Shown piece by piece: positions 57,283 to 64,000 of a stretch of DNA of 64,000 bases. The position numbers and the translations under genes were made by a program. A model generated the notes under the pieces. It was not told where the DNA came from. It saw only the letters and a list, made by a program, of their open reading frames with translations, and did no database searches. Each line of letters opens with the position of its first letter. Position 1 is the first letter of the stretch. The stretch is taken from positions 10,790 to 74,789 of the forward strand of contig JBPOHZ010000002.1 in the NCBI GenBank assembly GCA_052034955.1, written 5' to 3'. Source of the DNA: Candidatus Saccharimonadota bacterium. Its GTDB lineage: Bacteria; Patescibacteriota; Saccharimonadia; Saccharimonadales; AWTP1-31.

Positions 57283-58326
57283 ATGAGGGCCAAAAAAAAT
57301 ACCATTACCATCAACGGTCGTACCTATGATGCCACCACTGGCAAGGCTTTAGATATGGCAACCACTCCCGCCAAGGCTGTGGTGAGCACCAAGAAGATCA
57401 AAGTAACAAATTACGAAGACAAAAAACAAACTGTCTTTGTTAAGAGATCTTCTGCCACCACACCAGCGCGAAAAATTGAGCGTTCGAAGACGCTAATGCG
57501 CAACACAGTCAAACGACCATCCACTCCAGTTGTTACTCACTCAGTAGCTGGCCTAACCGCGCAGCCAAAGACTATTATCGTAAAGTCTGGTAAACAGATT
57601 ACAAGGGATAAAACCCTACATACCCACACTAAAAGCCCTCAAATAACAAAGTTTGGCCTTAGCAGTAGTGTTCACACCACAAAAACCGCCCATATCCCAG
57701 TAGCTAGCGCACCGACAACAAAGACAACCCATAACTATGATATAAGCAACACGCCGCCGGCTCCACGAATACACCCTGGCAGTAAGCCACTTCGTGAATC
57801 TCATAAAGATTTATTCGAGACAGCTTTGCAGGGTGCTAACAGCCATAAAGCTAAAAGATTACGACGGCCAAAAGCCAAGCACCGGATATTGAGGCTTGGG
57901 GCTAGTGCACTGACCGTTATGCTCCTGGTGGCATTCTTTGGCTATCAGAATATGCCCGCCTTTGCCTTAAAAAGGGCAAGCTCAACTATTGGTTTCAATG
58001 CAAGCATCCCCGGTTATAAGCCAGCCGGATTTAGACTAAACGGGCCGGTGACTTATGGCCCAGGTAATGTAAGCCTTACTTTTAGGTCAAACAGCGACAG
58101 TCAAAGCTACCAATTAACACAGCAAAAAACAGATATGGATGAACAGGCCTTAACCCAAAGCGTATTGCAGGGCCAGGACTACCAAAAAGTGTCGGCTAAT
58201 GGTCAACCCGGCTATATCTACGACGGAAATAATATTACTTGGATAAATGGCGGTGTATGGTACAACCTTACCGGCGATGCTTCGCTCTCCGAAAAACAAC
58301 TTGTCAACATTGCGTCCTCCCTCTAG
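57283..58326 (+). CDS. Hypothetical single-pass membrane protein
   Basis: A basic, low-complexity N-terminal half, one TM segment, and a C-terminal globular domain. Confidence 0.5.
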   Translation: MRAKKNTITINGRTYDATTGKALDMATTPAKAVVSTKKIKVTNYEDKKQTVFVKRSSATTPARKIERSKTLMRNTVKRPSTPVVTHSVAGLTAQPKTIIVKSGKQITRDKTLHTHTKSPQITKFGLSSSVHTTKTAHIPVASAPTTKTTHNYDISNTPPAPRIHPGSKPLRESHKDLFETALQGANSHKAKRLRRPKAKHRILRLGASALTVMLLVAFFGYQNMPAFALKRASSTIGFNASIPGYKPAGFRLNGPVTYGPGNVSLTFRSNSDSQSYQLTQQKTDMDEQALTQSVLQGQDYQKVSANGQPGYIYDGNNITWINGGVWYNLTGDASLSEKQLVNIASSL

Positions 58327-58359
58327 GTCAATAAGCCACTTTACCGTATACTAACAGGG

Positions 58360-59799
58360 ATGAAAACAGTTCGAACCAGATACGCTCCTAGCCCTACCGG
58401 CTACCAACATGTAGGAAATATCCGTACCGGTTTGTTTGCATGGCTTGTTGCACGTCAGGCAAAAGGTAAGTTTATCTTAAGATTAGAGGACACAGACCGG
58501 GCAAGACTTGTTGAAGGTGCCGACAACCATCTTTTAGAATGCATAAAGCTACTTGGGCTAGATCATGACGAAGGCTTTGACATAGGTGGTCCATTTGCCC
58601 CATATCGCCAAAGTGAAAGATTAGATACATATAAACCATGGGCACAAAAACTGATTGATGCCGGTCGGGCTTATGCCGACCCCTACACCCCTGAGGAAGT
58701 AAACGCCTTCCGACAGCAGGCACGTGACAACAAAAAGCCATTCTTATACCGTAATCATCGTCCAGAAAATCCACCCGCCTGGGATAGCACCACGCCCCTA
58801 AGGTTCAAATCTGATCCTAAGGATTATTCGTGGCACGACGAAGTTATGGGAGATTTATCGGCCGGGGCTGAGGCTATTGATGACTTTATTCTTATTAAGT
58901 CAGATGGATACCCAACCTATAACTTTGCGCACATTGTTGATGATGCCGAGATGGAAATAACCCATATTATTCGTGGCCAGGAATTCATTTCCTCGACACC
59001 GAACTATCTCAACCTGTACGAGGCGCTAGAAATTGACAGACCAATATTAGCAACCATGCCTCACATCCTAGGAGAATCGGGTAACAAAAAGCTAAGCAAA
59101 CGTGACGGTGCAAAGGATGTACTAGATTACATTCGTGATGGATATCTCCCAGATGCAATGGTTAACTTTATTGCATCTCTAGGTTGGAATGATGGATCTG
59201 AGCAAGAAGTCTTTAGTGTCGAAGAATTAATTGATAAATTTAGCCTGGACCGAGTCCAGCGCAGCGGAGCCCGTTTTGATGAACAACGATTGCTATGGCT
59301 AAATGGTGCACATATCCGAGCATTGCCGCTAGATAATCTTTACGAACAGACTACCGACTATTGGCCAACAAGCAGTAAATCCGCCGACGAAAATTATAAG
59401 AAGAAAGTTCTAGGATTAATTCAGGAGCGACTTAAATTCTTCAAAGAAATACCGGAACTTACAGGTTTCTTTTTCGAAGAGCCAACCGATCAATCAATCT
59501 TAGATTTAATTAATGATCCTAAGAACAAGCAATTACGAAAACTAGAAGCTGGCCAGGGTAAGTCTATTCTAGAAGCTGCCTATAAATCTTTGGAACAATC
59601 CGATTTTAGCCTTAAAGATTTAGAAGAGCGTCTAAACAATCTACTAGTAGAACTAGAAACTAAACCTGGCATACTGTTTAGCCTAGTAAGAATTGCAGTT
59701 AGTGGAAGCCCGGCATCTCCTCAATTATTTGATACCCTGAATCTTCTTGGTAAAGAGATTAGCCTAAAACGACTTAAGCAGACGCTCGAAGTCCTATAG
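58360..59799 (+). CDS. gltX: Glutamate--tRNA ligase
   Basis: RYAPSPTGYQHVGNIRT (HIGH-type) and KLSKRDG (KMSKS-type). Confidence 0.95.
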   Translation: MKTVRTRYAPSPTGYQHVGNIRTGLFAWLVARQAKGKFILRLEDTDRARLVEGADNHLLECIKLLGLDHDEGFDIGGPFAPYRQSERLDTYKPWAQKLIDAGRAYADPYTPEEVNAFRQQARDNKKPFLYRNHRPENPPAWDSTTPLRFKSDPKDYSWHDEVMGDLSAGAEAIDDFILIKSDGYPTYNFAHIVDDAEMEITHIIRGQEFISSTPNYLNLYEALEIDRPILATMPHILGESGNKKLSKRDGAKDVLDYIRDGYLPDAMVNFIASLGWNDGSEQEVFSVEELIDKFSLDRVQRSGARFDEQRLLWLNGAHIRALPLDNLYEQTTDYWPTSSKSADENYKKKVLGLIQERLKFFKEIPELTGFFFEEPTDQSILDLINDPKNKQLRKLEAGQGKSILEAAYKSLEQSDFSLKDLEERLNNLLVELETKPGILFSLVRIAVSGSPASPQLFDTLNLLGKEISLKRLKQTLEVL

Positions 59800-60364
59800 T
59801 CCTGTTTCTGGCAACTTCATATAATTCACCCAGGAATTGTTGTTGTTCGGCCATTATTCGGGCACTTTGTTCTGGCAATGAATCCGGCGGAGTTGGTGGT
59901 TCTATTTGATCACCGCTGGCGAGCAGGCGAGATATAACGTCTGTCGACACAGCTTGCGACAGCATTAGGTCTAATCCGCGTCCAACAAGACCAGCTTCAC
60001 GTCGTCGCCCAGCTTGCAGTAGTCGGCTCCCAACAGGAGCCTTCGAGAGCGCAAGATTAACGATTGCTGGTCCGGCCCGCCATACATGTCCAAGGTGGGC
60101 AGTATCATGAACGCGAGTATATAAATCTTCGGAAGTTACAAACACTCCTGTGCCCAAACCTTCTAAAAAGGGAGCTAATCTGACCCTAGTTTTAAGTCCG
60201 GTTGTTTCGACCCTTAAACAGCTGTTTGGCTCTAGCCCCATTTCCTGGCGCAATTCTAGGGCACGAGTGTTCAAGACCTCTATTTGGGCAAATCTTCGTT
60301 GCTGACTTCGCTGACGGGCATTGCTGAATAACATAATTAGCAAATAATACAATATAATTATCAA
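59774..60364 (-). CDS. Hypothetical protein
   Basis: A 196-aa ORF with an N-terminal hydrophobic segment. Its 3' end overlaps the gltX 3' end by 26 nt. Confidence 0.4.
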   Translation of the reverse strand: MIIILYYLLIMLFSNARQRSQQRRFAQIEVLNTRALELRQEMGLEPNSCLRVETTGLKTRVRLAPFLEGLGTGVFVTSEDLYTRVHDTAHLGHVWRAGPAIVNLALSKAPVGSRLLQAGRRREAGLVGRGLDLMLSQAVSTDVISRLLASGDQIEPPTPPDSLPEQSARIMAEQQQFLGELYEVARNRTIGLRASA

Positions 60365-60408
60365 GTCTGCAATTTCTTGTAAGCATAAGCTTTTGCTACA
60401 ATAATCTA

Positions 60409-61659
60409 ATGAATCGAATATTCAAAAGAAATACAGAAAATAAAATAAGCCCGGCAGACCAGATAAAAGAAGATGAGCTACTTGGCAGAGTTGGCGGTCA
60501 AGAACAAATCAGCGACGAACAACCAAGCCAAGAATTCAAAGAGATACTAACAGAAAAGCCTATCACAGCAGAGAAGAGAGACTGGTTTTATATAAATCGT
60601 TTTAAGGACTGGTACGGGGATCTCAGCAAGAAGAAAAGGATAGCTTTTATTGCCGGTGTAGTCCTTTTGCTAAGCGGAAGTGGATCGGCATTAGCCTGGG
60701 CCATAACTCGTCCTAGCCCGGCTACACCCGTGGCAGCCAAGCAAGAAGTTATCACTGATACACCAGAATCCGAGAAGATCGTTAGTCCTTTAACTGGCCT
60801 TAAAGTTTCGCCAGAATTAAGCAAAAGACCAGTCACTGCGGTTATGATCGAAAACAGTCCTGACGCCCGCCCACAATCCGGCCTGACCGACAGCGGTATA
60901 GTATTTGAAGCTATTGCCGAGGGTGGAATCACCAGATTTGCAGCCGTCTACCAAGAGGATCAACCCCAATACATCGGTCCAGTCCGAAGTGCGCGCCCCT
61001 ATTTTATCGACTGGATCTATGCATTCCATCCAGCTTATGCCCATGCAGGTGGTAGCGCCGAAGCACTGCAGAAGATCAAGAAAATGGACATCAAAGACAT
61101 GGATCACGGAGTAAATGCCAGTGCCTTCCAAAGAGTTAGCAATAGAGTAGCTCCGCACAACCTTTATACATCTATGGATAAACTTGATGAGGTCAAGAAA
61201 AAGCGTGGCTATAAATTCGAAGAGTTTACTGGATTCCCCAGAAAAGAAGAGTCTCCTAGCAAGACGCCTAACGCCTCGACTATCGAAATGAATATTTCGA
61301 GCTTCTACTACAACACTCGCCATGTCTACGACTCCAAGACCAATACCTACCTCAGGAGTGAGGGCGGTAAACCCCACAAAGACGGCAAAACCGGTAAGCA
61401 AATCGCCCCCAAGGTACTCATTGCCAACATAATTCCTCACCAACGTCACAGTAATGGCGTCAATACTGCCTACGACCATATCGGCAGCGGCAAGTGCTAT
61501 GTTTTCCAGGACGGTACAGTAACCATTGGAACCTGGAAGAAAGAGTCGGTAAAATCGATGATTACCTTCACCGATTCAAGTGGCAAGCCAATCGCACTCA
61601 ACCCCGGACAGACCTGGATAACGGCTGTCGGCAAAGACAGCGGCGTAATCTACAAATAG
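60409..61659 (+). CDS. DUF3048-domain protein, membrane anchored
   Basis: PVTAVMIENSPDARPQSGL..GIVFEAIAEGGITRFAAVY and ARPYFIDW. Confidence 0.75.
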   Translation: MNRIFKRNTENKISPADQIKEDELLGRVGGQEQISDEQPSQEFKEILTEKPITAEKRDWFYINRFKDWYGDLSKKKRIAFIAGVVLLLSGSGSALAWAITRPSPATPVAAKQEVITDTPESEKIVSPLTGLKVSPELSKRPVTAVMIENSPDARPQSGLTDSGIVFEAIAEGGITRFAAVYQEDQPQYIGPVRSARPYFIDWIYAFHPAYAHAGGSAEALQKIKKMDIKDMDHGVNASAFQRVSNRVAPHNLYTSMDKLDEVKKKRGYKFEEFTGFPRKEESPSKTPNASTIEMNISSFYYNTRHVYDSKTNTYLRSEGGKPHKDGKTGKQIAPKVLIANIIPHQRHSNGVNTAYDHIGSGKCYVFQDGTVTIGTWKKESVKSMITFTDSSGKPIALNPGQTWITAVGKDSGVIYK

Positions 61660-61686
61660 TTACTTCTTTGGCCGTATACTGTATCC

Positions 61687-62034
61687 ATGGACCAGGAAGA
61701 GTTAAACAGTCATGGAGTTTCAGAGCATACCGGTTTTCCGAATGCGGCCACCGACGCCCGACTCAATACTCTGGATCTTGCCAAGCTTCTAGTCAAACAT
61801 CCTTCGAGCACCTTCTATATGCGTGTCGATGGCGATAGCGGGCAAGAGGTTGGGGTAAATTCTAATGACATTATCGTTGTCGACCGAGCCATGACCCCCA
61901 GAAAATCAGATCTAGTCGTTTGGTGGGATAATGACAGTTTTGTAATCACCATCTCTAGTAAGCTGCCTAAAGAACTTGCCCCCTGGGGAGTTATTACGCA
62001 CTGCATACATGCCTATAGAGGTATTGATAAGTGA
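61687..62034 (+). CDS. UmuD-like S24-family protein, apparently lacking the catalytic Lys
   Basis: GFPNAATD, HPSSTFYMRVDGDSG and IIVVDR are collinear with UmuD. The region equivalent to TVKKL reads VITIS. Confidence 0.7.
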   Translation: MDQEELNSHGVSEHTGFPNAATDARLNTLDLAKLLVKHPSSTFYMRVDGDSGQEVGVNSNDIIVVDRAMTPRKSDLVVWWDNDSFVITISSKLPKELAPWGVITHCIHAYRGIDK

Positions 62035-63314
62035 GTCAACCAGTATTTGCTCTTGTGGACTGTAACAACTTTTTTGTTAGTTGCGAACGAGTATTTAGGC
62101 CAGACCTCGAAAATAAGCCTGTAGTCGTACTAAGCAGCAATGACGGCTGTGCCGTAGCTCGGAGCAATGAGGTCAAAGAGCTTGGCGTGCCAATGGGAGC
62201 ACCGGCTTTTAAGTATAAGGAGCTGTTCAAAAAACATGGGGTCGTAAAGTTCTCAGCCAACTTCGAGCTATACGGCGACCTCAGCAAAAGGATTATCCGG
62301 ATATTAACCGAGCTAACCCCTCGAACCGAGATCTACAGCATAGACGAAGCCTTCCTGGAGTTATCTCAGCTCGAAACCAAAGACTATGACTCAGTTGCAA
62401 GGACACTGCGCGACCGTATCTGGAATGAAGTTGGCATACCAGTTTCAATTGGAATTGCACATAGTAAAACCCTGGCCAAGCTGGCAAGCGACCATGCCAA
62501 AAAGAATCCCGAAAAGCTAGGCGTAACAAATCTATTAGGGTCAGCAAAAGACAATTCCATCATCCTAACCAATGTCCCAATAGAGAATGTATGGGGCGTG
62601 GGATGGAGACTTGCTCCTAAACTAAGAGGTGAGGGAGTCGCCAACGCCCTCGATCTAAGTCAGCTGTCTACTCAACGTGCCAGACAGCTATTAGGTGTAC
62701 GTGGAGAGCAAATGGTTCGCGAGCTCAATAACCAAACCTGTTTTAAATTTACCGAACTAGATGCAAAGCCAAAAACCATATCCCGTACTAGAACATTTGG
62801 CGAGGATACCAACCAATTTCATGTACTAGAAGCTGCTATTGCCAGCTTTGCCACTCAGGCCGCCTATCGTCTTAGGTCCTCCAACCAGCTTGCCCGAAGA
62901 GCAGGAATATTTATGATGACCAACCGCCATAAACCCGGATTTCGTAATCAAAGCCAAGACATCACCCTAAACACTCCAACAGCCGATAGCGGGGAACTAA
63001 TAGAAATTCTAGTCCAGGTCGCGGCCGAGCTGTTTCAGCCCACTATGGCCTACCACAGAGCCGGTGTATGGTTAGAAGACTTCGTGGCAGATGATCAACT
63101 CCAAACCGATCTATTAGGCCAGGTCGATGTAGCAAAATACGATCGGTCAAAAAAACGCATGGCCTCTTTTGACCTCCTTAACAAGCGCTTCGGACGAGGA
63201 ACAATCAAGTACGCAGCCGAGAATCTAGCCAGGGCCTGGCAACCAAAACAGATGATTCGCAGCCCTAGATACACCACAAATTGGGAGGAATTACCCCTGG
63301 CTAAATTCCGCTAA
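62031..63314 (+). CDS. umuC: Y-family DNA polymerase (UmuC-like)
   Basis: FALVDCNNFFVSCERVF, VVVLSSNDGC, YSIDEAFL and VWGVG. The GTG start overlaps the umuD-like stop (GTGA). Confidence 0.9.
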   Translation: MSQPVFALVDCNNFFVSCERVFRPDLENKPVVVLSSNDGCAVARSNEVKELGVPMGAPAFKYKELFKKHGVVKFSANFELYGDLSKRIIRILTELTPRTEIYSIDEAFLELSQLETKDYDSVARTLRDRIWNEVGIPVSIGIAHSKTLAKLASDHAKKNPEKLGVTNLLGSAKDNSIILTNVPIENVWGVGWRLAPKLRGEGVANALDLSQLSTQRARQLLGVRGEQMVRELNNQTCFKFTELDAKPKTISRTRTFGEDTNQFHVLEAAIASFATQAAYRLRSSNQLARRAGIFMMTNRHKPGFRNQSQDITLNTPTADSGELIEILVQVAAELFQPTMAYHRAGVWLEDFVADDQLQTDLLGQVDVAKYDRSKKRMASFDLLNKRFGRGTIKYAAENLARAWQPKQMIRSPRYTTNWEELPLAKFR

Positions 63315-63332
63315 AGTGTATACTTATAGGAT

Positions 63333-64000
63333 ATGAAGTTGAGTCCTAGGCTAGTCAAACGTTTCCAGTCCTTAATTAGATCAAAGCTGTTCATCAAATC
63401 AGTTTTGGTACTGTTTGTAGTCTTCCTGATCACCAATATTGTAGCTGGCATTACATACAAAAATAAAACTTATCCAAAAAGTAATATTGCCGGCATACAA
63501 GTAGGCAACAAAGAATACGACGACATACAGAAGCTGAAGCTACTAAAAGATAGTGTTGAGCTTCAGACACCTTATAAGAAACAAATTGTTGCCTTAAGTG
63601 ATGTAAGCGTAAAAACAGACTGGGAATCGACAAATAAAGGCATCTCTAACGAAAAAAGCTGGTTACCAGTTTACGATTATATCCGTAGCCATCAGCTCAG
63701 CTTGGTTATAAATTACGACACTAAATCATTGGATATCATTTCTAAAAAAGCTAGCCAATATTTTCTCCAGGAGCCAGTAAACTGGAGTATCTCTAAATCC
63801 AAAACTGCTAGCCTAAATTCCGGGAAAAACGGCTTTCAGGTAGACGAAAACAAGCTTAGTGACGAGATTGCCAAATCAATAACCACCACCGGTTCACCAA
63901 TTTCTGTACCACTAAAAGAGATTCAGCCAGAAATCAATAAATCCTCACTTGAGCCGCTAGTCAAGGAGCTGAATGCTAGGGCTAACCTTGAGATCAAACT
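63333..64000 (+). CDS. Hypothetical membrane-anchored protein, 3' end off-window
   Basis: The ATG at 63333 opens a frame that I translated to the window end with no stop. There is an N-terminal TM segment (LFIKSVLVLFVVFLITNIVAGI). It is absent from the ORF track because it lacks a stop. Confidence 0.6.
   Translation, partial: MKLSPRLVKRFQSLIRSKLFIKSVLVLFVVFLITNIVAGITYKNKTYPKSNIAGIQVGNKEYDDIQKLKLLKDSVELQTPYKKQIVALSDVSVKTDWESTNKGISNEKSWLPVYDYIRSHQLSLVINYDTKSLDIISKKASQYFLQEPVNWSISKSKTASLNSGKNGFQVDENKLSDEIAKSITTTGSPISVPLKEIQPEINKSSLEPLVKELNARANLEIK

Noticed and set aside
59774-59799. The 26-nt convergent overlap between gltX and ORF 59774-60364, as a regulatory antisense feature
   Set aside because: Short convergent overlaps are frequent in this compact window (for example 12746-12749 and 15735-15751). 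The minus-strand ORF itself is of uncertain validity.
60817-61479. A 220-aa minus-strand ORF
   Set aside because: It lies completely inside the plus-strand DUF3048 gene, which has clear family motifs. The antisense product has no recognisable features.

Overview
This is a compact 64-kb chromosomal window with genes on both strands, many 1-8 nt overlaps and the standard genetic code. The gene content suggests a Patescibacteria/CPR, Saccharibacteria-like genome: sortase, LamG, PEGA and DUF3048 surface proteins, Lys-rich protein tails, few biosynthetic genes. That assignment is inference only.

Main blocks:
- 1-9.5 kb: a helicase-nuclease 3' end, an aquaporin, and a complete F1Fo ATP synthase operon (atpBEFHAGDC, minus strand). 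Its F1 genes are interleaved with three unrecognisable, tightly coupled ORFs, giving alpha-X1-gamma-X2-beta-X3-epsilon. I rate this the strongest candidate for something undescribed.
- 9.6-17.9 kb: mixed housekeeping and accessory genes, including an NrdH-like redoxin, a CobO-like protein, thermonuclease, GT2, two tandem GH-A paralogs, an alpha/beta hydrolase, smpB and a Nudix hydrolase.
- 17.9 to about 24.6 kb, possibly to about 28.2 kb: an integrated element abutting tRNA-Asn. It carries a large serine recombinase whose ORF ends antisense inside the tRNA, a Rep_trans-like rolling-circle initiator, a SpoVG-like protein, an excisionase-type HTH, a SHOCT protein, an Ltp-type exclusion protein and an XRE regulator with a palindromic operator. 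No virion or conjugation genes are visible. Cargo-like genes follow, punctuated by a 33-bp perfect repeat and a tRNA-Asn-like relic.
- 29-37 kb: a Ni-SOD and maturation protease pair, a 1023-aa LamG/Ig-like protein with an LAQTG sorting signal, a class II photolyase and several small DUF genes.
- 37-64 kb: membrane and ion-transport genes (TerC, CorA-like with SMN instead of GMN, MgtE, MacB-type ABC), a two-component system plus an extra kinase, tRNA-Ser, xth, Nudix, tRNA-Leu, sortase, gltX, DUF3048 and a umuD-like/umuC pair.

I saw no rRNA and no CRISPR array. All calls come from reading the translated ORFs and the DNA by eye. No database search was run.
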